Positions 46,301 to 54,718 of a stretch of DNA of 64,000 bases are shown here, in pieces (within the stretch, counting starts at the first letter, position 1; every line of letters starts with the position of its first letter). A program made the translations under genes and the position numbers. The notes under the pieces are model-generated. The model had not been told where the DNA came from and ran no database searches. It saw nothing but the letters and a program-made list of their open reading frames with translations. Source of the stretch: Clostridia bacterium (GTDB lineage Bacteria > Bacillota > Clostridia > TANB77 > CAG-465); NCBI GenBank assembly GCA_051886195.1, contig JBJEXW010000043.1:20279-84278 (forward strand), in the 5' to 3' direction.

Positions 46301-48298
46301 TTAATAAAAAGAACTTGCTAGTGATGTAAATATTGTAAAATACATAATTAGCATAGATACAACTTGTACTATATCTTTACGTTTTTTATTTATTTTTAAT
46401 ATATCATTATCTAAGGACATGTATAATAGCAAAGCTGGTATAATAAAATATCTCGGTTGTAGTCCTGATACTGTTTCACTGCCCTTAACAGTCCAAGTAA
46501 AGAATAAAGAGCAATAAATAACTCCAAATATCACTCCAAAAGTAAGTAACAAAAACATTCTTTCAACTGGTTTTATTTTTTTCTCATCTTCATTTTTGGC
46601 AGTAAGTATTAAAATTAAACATATATTTCCTACAATAAAACTAGCAATACTATCCAACCACTTAGTTGATATACCAAATCCATCAGATAGTCCAGAGAGC
46701 AAATCTAATTTACCTCTTTGCACAAAAGTATTCCAAAAAATCTTTATAATTTTAAATGGATTTTGAATAGCATAACTTAAAGCGTAATAATTACTTTCTG
46801 ATTCAACCTCTGCAGCATTGTTTATAGCGCCACTATTTTGCAAATATGCAATAAAGGCAGGCACTAAAATGACAAGTGTTTTAAATATAATACCTACTTT
46901 TTTATTTTTAAACTTATCATTTGGTATAGCCAACGCTAATAATGTAACAAAAAAATACCCAAATTTACAAAAAGCTATGCTTACAGCCATTATAAATAAA
47001 ATCAACATATTCTTTGTATCTACTTTCTCATATAAATATTTCATTTTAATTACATACGATATAATCGCAACTCCCATTGCATTTGTTAACCAGTCTTGGT
47101 TAAGCCCCATTCCTTGATGTAAAAATATTGGAAGTAATGCAACTACAAAGAATATACTTTTAAATTTAGGAAGATTTTTTATTGAATAGTAGCAAATTAT
47201 TATCATAATCATTAAATTTGCAAATCTTCCAGAGAAAAACAAGATAAATGGTGATACATTCATAATTCTAAAAACTGCGAATGTAATTATTGAAGGAATA
47301 TACGCAAGTACAGGTAAATTTATTGTATTACCATATCCTCTTGTATTATTACTTATTTTTTCGTAATTTCCACTATCAAATAAATCTGAAAAATATGATT
47401 TAAAATTTAATTTAGCATCATAGTCATAACTTCCATGTTCATATTTATACCTAAAGTTTTCGACAGACTCAGGTAAATTGCATTTTGCATATTTACTAGT
47501 CTGATTTAATGTATATTCAAAACTCTTATTAAAATGAGCTCCTTCATCTGGCACATTAAATGGTGGTATTATAAACATCATTGTAATACCAAAGATTGTT
47601 GCTAAAATTAAGTATGCCTTTTCTATTTTTTTATTAATATCATCTTTTAAATAAAATAGCATGCATGAAGCTGCTAGCACTATACAAATAACCATTACTA
47701 CACTAGATATATACATACAAAAATAAAAATCAAATAAGTAAAAAAGGAAAATACTTAAAATAAATAATATTATATCTATCAATTTTGCTTCATCATTTTT
47801 TAATTTAGCCAAAAATTTCTTTATATATATATTAATTCCAAGCACTATAGGTGACAATATAACAAATAGTAAAATCACATAATTCATATTATTTTTTAAT
47901 ACATCTATTCTTCCTATAACTCTATTATAGTACCCATCTCCTGTATCTACTTTAGTACCATTTAAAAAAACATCTACGTTTCCGTCAAATTTTATGTATA
48001 AATCATCTATAGTAGATAACATTATACTAAATTCTGAGTACTCTTCTTCTGTTATAATAATTTCTTTCTCATTTTCTGAATCTTTTTCTTTTTCAGTTGA
48101 TAGTTTTGAAGTTTCATTTAGATATCTTTCTAAAGGTATATCTGCTTTATTTATAACTACTTTTTCTATACTAGTATTTTTTGAAAATTTTATGTCATAT
48201 TTATCGTATTTTCTACTTTCAATTGCAACACTTAAGCTTGAAGCCATTGCTAAAGAAATCAATATTGTCACTATCAATAATGATATTTTATTTTTCAT
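46301..48298 (-). CDS. DUF2142-family polytopic membrane protein (GT-C-like glycosyltransferase), paralogue B
   Basis: 665 aa with the same architecture and the PDEGAHF motif. Collinear with paralogue A at roughly one-third identity by eye. Confidence 0.7.
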   Translation of the reverse strand: MKNKISLLIVTILISLAMASSLSVAIESRKYDKYDIKFSKNTSIEKVVINKADIPLERYLNETSKLSTEKEKDSENEKEIIITEEEYSEFSIMLSTIDDLYIKFDGNVDVFLNGTKVDTGDGYYNRVIGRIDVLKNNMNYVILLFVILSPIVLGINIYIKKFLAKLKNDEAKLIDIILFILSIFLFYLFDFYFCMYISSVVMVICIVLAASCMLFYLKDDINKKIEKAYLILATIFGITMMFIIPPFNVPDEGAHFNKSFEYTLNQTSKYAKCNLPESVENFRYKYEHGSYDYDAKLNFKSYFSDLFDSGNYEKISNNTRGYGNTINLPVLAYIPSIITFAVFRIMNVSPFILFFSGRFANLMIMIIICYYSIKNLPKFKSIFFVVALLPIFLHQGMGLNQDWLTNAMGVAIISYVIKMKYLYEKVDTKNMLILFIMAVSIAFCKFGYFFVTLLALAIPNDKFKNKKVGIIFKTLVILVPAFIAYLQNSGAINNAAEVESESNYYALSYAIQNPFKIIKIFWNTFVQRGKLDLLSGLSDGFGISTKWLDSIASFIVGNICLILILTAKNEDEKKIKPVERMFLLLTFGVIFGVIYCSLFFTWTVKGSETVSGLQPRYFIIPALLLYMSLDNDILKINKKRKDIVQVVSMLIMYFTIFTSLASSFY

Positions 48299-48301
48299 TT
48301 T

Positions 48302-50095
48302 TCACTTCCCACTTAATGCTTTATTTAAGACATTTATTGCAGTAATTAATACTAAAACACAAGTTGTTGCACATGTTAAATATATCACACTTGCTGTAGC
48401 TACACTCATTAAATGTACTAAATTTGCTACAATTATTACTGCTAAAAATATATAATCCATTTTTTTAGTTATAGCTACATTTATAGCAACTAAACATAAA
48501 GATATAGCTAACAATGTATTGGTTAATATTCCAACATTATTTGTTGTATTTTTTATATTATTAAAGAATACTTGTTTACCTGCATTAAACTCAGTGATAG
48601 CACTCTTGTCTTGATTTGCAATTTGATTATATTCTTCTACATTACTATCAGATACTATGTTTAATCCTACATTTACTTCTTTTATATTATTAATATTTGA
48701 TATTCCAAAACTTAAAGCTGTAAATAGTATTGCAGCAACAATATAAGATATTAAAAAGCTTTTTATTCTTTTTGGTTTTACCTTATATGATTTAAGTTTA
48801 ATCATTATAAATATAAAAGTAGCAACTGAAGTAATAATACCCATTGCTGGATTTACTAAAATCATAAGTCCTAATACTATTGCATATGGTATTAATTCTA
48901 GTATTCTGTATTTAAATTTCTTTTTAATTCCTAGATGTATAAAATATATATTAACCAAACTTAAAATAGTAAATATAGCTATACCACTTGGAATAGCATT
49001 TACCAGTTGAATAATTGGGAAAAATGCTACAATAATAGTCATTAACATTTCGACTATATATAGTACTCTTTCTCTTTTTTTAAACTTATTTGTTTGTTCT
49101 AAATTTAATTTATATGGTTTATACTCCTCAGCATCTGGATCTACATTTGTTAGATCGTCCAAATAACGATTTAAATCTATACTTCTAACTTTAGAAGTAA
49201 TGTATGTCCACACCATAGAAAAGCCTAAAATTTGCCAAACTGATTTACCTGTAATATACAGGTTATTGTATACTGGTTTTATCGAAAACATAGCTAGTAG
49301 CATTGTTAAAAACATAACCAAAAAAATAGTTATATCTCTGTAATTGCTAAAAAATTTAATCTTATTTTTTAAGCTAATAAAGAAATCTATTACATATACA
49401 ACCCATATCATGTTTTTTCTTTTCATCTTAGTTTTAAATTTTTCCATAGGACTAATCCATGTTGCATCAAAATGATGAATCATTACTGAATTATCTGTAA
49501 ACTTATTGTTTTGATAATCATAGCTTAGTGGATAAAAATACTCCATTGGATATACATATACCTTATCGTCATCAAAAGTTTGTATTTCATCTTTTTGACC
49601 GTCAAATCCAAATTGTTCAAAATACTTAGTTAAAACTCTTGGAACACTTTCATCATATAAGTCTCCTGTTTCATTAAAATGTTCTTTTGATTCATATATT
49701 TTTACAATATCTTGGATATGTGGATTGTGTGGCTCTTTTGCCCAAACAACAGCAGCATTAATCATTTTTGAATCTTCTACGCCTAAAAATAAGTCTTTTT
49801 CTAAAAACTTAGATATATCTGCTGTTATCTCCATATCTGTATCAAGATAAATTCCTCCATACTTTTCAAGGACTTTAAATCTAGTGTAATCTGCAACAAA
49901 AGCCCACTTTTTTTGCTCATAAGCTTCTTTTACAAATGCACATTGATTAACATCAAATGTTTTTTCGTTCCATTCCATTATTTCAAAATCAGGTAAATAT
50001 TTTTTCCAAGTTTCAATACATTTTTTTGTTAAATCAGATAAAGGATTTCCACCAAACCAAATATAATGAATTATTTTCTTATTTTTTTTATCCAC
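48302..50095 (-). CDS. GT32-type (DXD sugar-binding, Och1-like) glycosyltransferase fused to a polytopic membrane domain
   Basis: 597 aa. IIHYIWFGG, GGIYLDTDMEI (DXD) and HHFDATW in the first 220 aa or so, followed by about 10 predicted TM helices. Confidence 0.7.
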   Translation of the reverse strand: MDKKNKKIIHYIWFGGNPLSDLTKKCIETWKKYLPDFEIMEWNEKTFDVNQCAFVKEAYEQKKWAFVADYTRFKVLEKYGGIYLDTDMEITADISKFLEKDLFLGVEDSKMINAAVVWAKEPHNPHIQDIVKIYESKEHFNETGDLYDESVPRVLTKYFEQFGFDGQKDEIQTFDDDKVYVYPMEYFYPLSYDYQNNKFTDNSVMIHHFDATWISPMEKFKTKMKRKNMIWVVYVIDFFISLKNKIKFFSNYRDITIFLVMFLTMLLAMFSIKPVYNNLYITGKSVWQILGFSMVWTYITSKVRSIDLNRYLDDLTNVDPDAEEYKPYKLNLEQTNKFKKRERVLYIVEMLMTIIVAFFPIIQLVNAIPSGIAIFTILSLVNIYFIHLGIKKKFKYRILELIPYAIVLGLMILVNPAMGIITSVATFIFIMIKLKSYKVKPKRIKSFLISYIVAAILFTALSFGISNINNIKEVNVGLNIVSDSNVEEYNQIANQDKSAITEFNAGKQVFFNNIKNTTNNVGILTNTLLAISLCLVAINVAITKKMDYIFLAVIIVANLVHLMSVATASVIYLTCATTCVLVLITAINVLNKALSGK

Positions 50096-50106
50096 TAATC
50101 TTCCTC

Positions 50107-51159
50107 CTATTTATTTAAAAACTCTTCTTTTAATCTAATAACTTCTTTTGAATATTCTTTCTTCCATTGTCTATACAATTCCATTATTTCATCTTTGTTT
50201 TCTATTGCAAAATTTATTTTTTCATAAATTTCATCAATACTATCTTCTTCTTTTACTACAACCATTTCATTTAATTTGCTATTTTTAAAGAAATCTGTAT
50301 TATTTCCAATAACACAAGGTACTCCTAGTTCAAAACTTTCAAGTGGAATCATAGGTGAACATTCTGTGAAAGTAACATATAAATTAACTGTATTTTTAGC
50401 CATTCTTTTTAGAAGTTGTTCTCTTTCAACCCCCATTAAGCATTCATCAGTTAATCTATTTATATTCATTAATTTACAAAAACTAGAAGCAAGCTTAGTT
50501 TCTGGAATAATATCTACATATGCATCTTTTATCATTGCACATGCACTAAGCTGATTATATGTATTTTTCTCCCATCTATCTCCTGAAGAATATAGGCCTA
50601 TTTTGATTCTTTTATCACTTAAGTCTTTATCATAATTATTTGTTAATTTAACATCGTTCATTAAAAGACATGCATTATATCCTTTTTCACTATAAAATTT
50701 AGCCATTGCACTTTTAAAGAATCCAATAGAAGAAACTACTCCTCTTTTTTGTAGTTGTAATAATTCTTCTAAGAATTTTTGTTCATTATAATTTACAAAT
50801 AAAGAATGTGATCCATGCCACATAAACTTAATTTTTATATCAGGATTTAGTTCATGTATTTTTTCAGCTAAATCTTTATAGCCATAGGCCATTGTTGCAA
50901 ATAATACTTGCTTAAATCCTTTATTTACTATAGCATTTGCAATATTAATTATTTGCTTTTTATTAAATATTTCATATAATTCTAAGCTATGATCATTACC
51001 AAATAGCTCAATTGTAGCATTCATAATTCCTTTAGTCTCAGGATTATAAATAGCTACAAAAGACGTATCTTCAATATTATTAATATTAATTATCACATTA
51101 TTAGTATATCCTTTTTGATAAAAGAATATAGAATTAATCTTTTTTACGTGTCTATTCAT
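50107..51159 (-). CDS. GT-B-fold glycosyltransferase-like protein (stand-alone copy of a duplicated module)
   Basis: 350 aa. FMWHGSHS and TECSPMIPLESFELGVPCV (EX7E-like). Paralogous to the C-terminal half of the next gene. Confidence 0.55.
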   Translation of the reverse strand: MNRHVKKINSIFFYQKGYTNNVIININNIEDTSFVAIYNPETKGIMNATIELFGNDHSLELYEIFNKKQIINIANAIVNKGFKQVLFATMAYGYKDLAEKIHELNPDIKIKFMWHGSHSLFVNYNEQKFLEELLQLQKRGVVSSIGFFKSAMAKFYSEKGYNACLLMNDVKLTNNYDKDLSDKRIKIGLYSSGDRWEKNTYNQLSACAMIKDAYVDIIPETKLASSFCKLMNINRLTDECLMGVEREQLLKRMAKNTVNLYVTFTECSPMIPLESFELGVPCVIGNNTDFFKNSKLNEMVVVKEEDSIDEIYEKINFAIENKDEIMELYRQWKKEYSKEVIRLKEEFLNK

Positions 51160-51167
51160 ATTCCCTC

Positions 51168-52922
51168 CTACATCTCTAAGAAATCTATTACGCTTTGTAC
51201 ACTTTCAGCATCATTTTGCTTTTTCCATTCTTTATATAATTCAAAAATTTCTTCTTTATGCTCTAATGCATATTTAATCTTATTTTCTATGTCTATTAAA
51301 TCATCTTCTCGCTCTACTACAAGTAAATCATGTAATCTACTTCCTTTAAAATAATGATGATTATGTCCCATTATACATATTGTACCTGCTTCTAGTGCTT
51401 CAATTGGAAGCATTGGCGCACATTCTGAAAATGTAACATATAATACAACATCTCTTTTTGCCATTTGAACAAGTAAATCTTCTCTTTTTAAATGAGACTC
51501 AGAACCAACAATTTCAAGTTCGTTATAATATGCTAATTTTTTCAACTCATACTTTAATGGTACAACTTCAAGTTCTGCATTTTTAAAACTTGATGCAGCC
51601 ATTACCTGATTAAATGTATTTTTTCTCCAATCCGTACTTGCAGAATATAAGCCGAATTTTAATTTACCATTATCTTCTTTTGTAACTTTAGATATTTTTT
51701 CTTTTACTACATCTGTAAGTCTAACTGTATTTTTTAAGAAAGCTGTAACATATCCTTGTGATTTATAAAAATTAACAAGACTCTCTTTGCATGTTCCCAT
51801 TACATCAATTATTCCAGCTTTATGAAGATTTATTACCATTAAATTAGTTCCCCAATTTATATCTTCAATTACTTGAGAATGACTTCCATGCCAGAAGCTC
51901 TTTAATTTAATTTCTGGAGCTCTTTCTCTGATTTTAGTTGCAATTTTATCCCAACCATAGTTGAAAGCACTAAAGATAACTTGTTTTGGTGAAACTTCTA
52001 TTATTTTATTAACAATATTATCTACGTTAGAATTTAAAAATACTTCTTGCATTGGAAGATAATTTTCAAAAAGTTCCTTTGTAGCACTTGTTACACCTAG
52101 CCATCTTGGATTATGAACTATTAAATAATCTGGGCCATTTCCTTTAGATTTTTCTTCAATATACTTGTCTAAAGCTGACATTGTTTCATCTATACCCGCA
52201 TCTTTTTTTACAGAAAATTTAGATTTAATATTTTGAACCATTATATACTTTTTATATCCTATATGATTTTTAATAACTCTCATTCTTCCAAAAAAATACT
52301 CACATGCTGTTGGTCCGATTTTTCTTAACATATAAACCTTATATCTCTGTCTAAATCCTAATTTCTGGGTATTACTAAAATAAATAGCTTTAATATTATC
52401 TGTATACCCTTTTCCTACTCTTTCGTAGTCTATTGGATAGAAAAAATCATATGGATAAATAAATGAATTATCTTCAAATTTTAAAACATAATTATAATTA
52501 TTATGAAGATCTTTTCCTACGACTTCAGATAACACGTCTGTGATATTATCTAATCTATCTTCCTTTATTATATCCATCACTTTTAAAATAACATCATTAT
52601 TTTTATTTTTTGAGTAAATAATATTAGTAGCTATATTTTTATCATCAGAAAAACCAATAAAAAAATCATTTTCAAAAAAACTATTTATTGAATTAATAAA
52701 CTCAAAGTTTCCATCAAGCAATAATCCGCCATTTTCATAAAGATATTTAAATTTGGCATAATCATTAAATAATTTATTTGTTTCTTTAACATCTTTTTTT
52801 GCTTCATTGGCTAGTGTCTTAAAATTAACACTAACCAATTTAGCAAAACTAAATTTTTCTTTATATTCTTCTTCAAACTTTTTGTCTGAATCACAATAAC
52901 TTATTTTAATATTATCTTTCAT
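51168..52922 (-). CDS. Two-domain protein: degenerate GT32-like N-terminal domain plus GT-B module
   Basis: 584 aa. The N-terminus aligns with the GT32 gene but has NGGLLLDGNFEF where GGIYLDTDMEI is expected. The C-terminal SFWHGSHS...SECAPMLPIEALEAGTICI is collinear with the 350-aa protein. Confidence 0.55.
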   Translation of the reverse strand: MKDNIKISYCDSDKKFEEEYKEKFSFAKLVSVNFKTLANEAKKDVKETNKLFNDYAKFKYLYENGGLLLDGNFEFINSINSFFENDFFIGFSDDKNIATNIIYSKNKNNDVILKVMDIIKEDRLDNITDVLSEVVGKDLHNNYNYVLKFEDNSFIYPYDFFYPIDYERVGKGYTDNIKAIYFSNTQKLGFRQRYKVYMLRKIGPTACEYFFGRMRVIKNHIGYKKYIMVQNIKSKFSVKKDAGIDETMSALDKYIEEKSKGNGPDYLIVHNPRWLGVTSATKELFENYLPMQEVFLNSNVDNIVNKIIEVSPKQVIFSAFNYGWDKIATKIRERAPEIKLKSFWHGSHSQVIEDINWGTNLMVINLHKAGIIDVMGTCKESLVNFYKSQGYVTAFLKNTVRLTDVVKEKISKVTKEDNGKLKFGLYSASTDWRKNTFNQVMAASSFKNAELEVVPLKYELKKLAYYNELEIVGSESHLKREDLLVQMAKRDVVLYVTFSECAPMLPIEALEAGTICIMGHNHHYFKGSRLHDLLVVEREDDLIDIENKIKYALEHKEEIFELYKEWKKQNDAESVQSVIDFLEM

Positions 52923-52939
52923 AATATCTTACCTTTCTT

Positions 52940-53686
52940 TTAGCCTTGTTCTTTAATATATTGTTCTAAGACTTCGTCTGTAGTTCCATCCATAACAATT
53001 TCGCCTTTTTTAATCCATAAAGCTCTGTCACAAAAACTTTTAATTTGAGAAGTATTATGTGATACAAAAACCATTGTTTTTCCTTGTTCTTTTAACTCTT
53101 TCATTTTATCTAAACATTTCTTTTGGAAATGAGCATCACCTACAGCAAGAATTTCATCTATTAATAATATATCTGCTTGTACATTAACTGCAATAGAAAA
53201 AGCAAGTCTCATATACATTCCAGAAGAATAAGTTCTAACTGGTGACTCAATAAATTCACCTAATTCTGAAAATTCAATTATGTCATTAATAATTGGATCT
53301 ACATCTTTTTTTCCAAGTCCGTACATAGATGCATTAAAATATATATTTTCTCTTCCTGTAAAATCTGTATTAAATCCAGCTCCAAGTTCAATCATACTTG
53401 ATACTTTACCATTTATCTGAATTGTTCCTTTTTGAGGATAAATTATTTTATTTAATAATTTCAGTAATGTAGATTTTCCACATCCATTTACTCCTACTAA
53501 TGCAACGGATTGTCCTTTTAAAATATCTACAGATATATCTTTTAAAACAGTATGCTTTCTCTTTTTATTTCTTCCTAAATGTCCAATTTTTTCTTTTAAG
53601 AAATATGATTTATCTTCATATACAGTAAACTCTTTAGTTACATTTCTTACAGAGATTGCAACATCATTTTTTGATTTCTTAGCCAT
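52940..53686 (-). CDS. tagH: Teichoic acid/polysaccharide export ABC transporter ATP-binding protein
   Basis: 248 aa. Walker A GVNGCGKST, signature SSGMYMRLAF, Walker B LLIDE. TagH/Wzt type without a C-terminal carbohydrate-binding domain. Confidence 0.85.
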   Translation of the reverse strand: MAKKSKNDVAISVRNVTKEFTVYEDKSYFLKEKIGHLGRNKKRKHTVLKDISVDILKGQSVALVGVNGCGKSTLLKLLNKIIYPQKGTIQINGKVSSMIELGAGFNTDFTGRENIYFNASMYGLGKKDVDPIINDIIEFSELGEFIESPVRTYSSGMYMRLAFSIAVNVQADILLIDEILAVGDAHFQKKCLDKMKELKEQGKTMVFVSHNTSQIKSFCDRALWIKKGEIVMDGTTDEVLEQYIKEQG

Positions 53687-53688
53687 AA

Positions 53689-54471
53689 TTATACCTCCTC
53701 TGCAAATCGTTTTTGAAGTTTATTAAATATTAACCAACCTAAAACGACTAATATTATAGATATACCAAATGTAATTCCTAAAGATTTAAAATCTGGTAAT
53801 GTTTTATTGTATAATATATCCTGATATCCTTGTAATATAGATACCATTGGATTTAATTTGTATATACTCAAAAATTTCTCTGGTACCATTGAAATGCTAT
53901 ATAATATTGGTGATGCATACATCCAAATCATCATAATTGGATTCATCATATATTGGACATCTCTTACAAAAACATTTGCAGCTGAAAGCATTAATATAAG
54001 TCCAAAAGCAAATGTTATTTGTACTAAAATAATTAATGGCAAAAATAGTGCATTAAAAGATAAACCAATACCTGAAACTAATATTGCAATTATAGTTATA
54101 ACTAAACTAAAACAATATTGAATAGTATTGCTAATAATTACAGATAAAGGCAATACCTCCCTTGGAAAATACACTTTTTTTAATATACTTGCATTATTTG
54201 AAGCACAAGTTGTACCACTACCTATCATACTATTAAATGCGTTCCAAGGCATTAAACTAACAAATAGATATATAGGATAGTGTTCTATTCCTGATTTAAA
54301 AACAAATTGGAATACAATTGAATAAATAAGTAACATGAATAATGGATTTAATAATGTCCATAAAAAGCCAAATATTGATCCTTTGTATCTTCCTTGCAAA
54401 TCCTGCTTTACAAGAGTAAATAACATATGTCTATATTGATAAATCTCTTTAATTTTATTTACAAATTCCAT
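53689..54471 (-). CDS. tagG: Teichoic acid/polysaccharide export ABC-2 permease
   Basis: 260 aa with 6 TM. YRHMLFTLVKQDLQGRYKGSIFGFLWTLLNP is typical of the ABC-2 (TagG/Wzm) family. Confidence 0.85.
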   Translation of the reverse strand: MEFVNKIKEIYQYRHMLFTLVKQDLQGRYKGSIFGFLWTLLNPLFMLLIYSIVFQFVFKSGIEHYPIYLFVSLMPWNAFNSMIGSGTTCASNNASILKKVYFPREVLPLSVIISNTIQYCFSLVITIIAILVSGIGLSFNALFLPLIILVQITFAFGLILMLSAANVFVRDVQYMMNPIMMIWMYASPILYSISMVPEKFLSIYKLNPMVSILQGYQDILYNKTLPDFKSLGITFGISIILVVLGWLIFNKLQKRFAEEV

Positions 54472-54531
54472 TTTTATCTCCCTTCTTATCCATATAAAAC
54501 CTTCTTTTTTTTTAGAAAATTTATCAACGTA

Positions 54532-54570
54532 ATTATATCATAATATATTTTAATTTTAAAGCATTTTCAA
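54532..54570 (-). promoter_or_regulatory. Candidate promoter(s) of the tagGH-led transcription unit
   Basis: On the minus strand: TTGAAA (54570-54565), 17 nt, TATATT (54547-54542), overlapped by TGaTATAAT (54540-54532). The 5' UTR contains an A9 tract (54505-54513). Confidence 0.45.
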
Positions 54571-54676
54571 CAAAAAATACTATTAATAACTGACGAGTTT
54601 TCAGTGTTTTCACTTCGCTATCACAAAGTATTCACACATATCAATTAGATGGTTATATTTTAGATTACATATAAAT

Positions 54677-54710
54677 GAAAAAAGAAGATAAAAAATAATT
54701 TTTTATCTTC
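54677..54710 (-). terminator. Intrinsic terminator after the PMM/PGM gene
   Basis: GAAGATAAAAAAT / ATTTTTTATCTTC inverted repeat, followed on the minus strand by TTTTTTCAT. Confidence 0.65.
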
Positions 54711-54718
54711 TCATCTTT

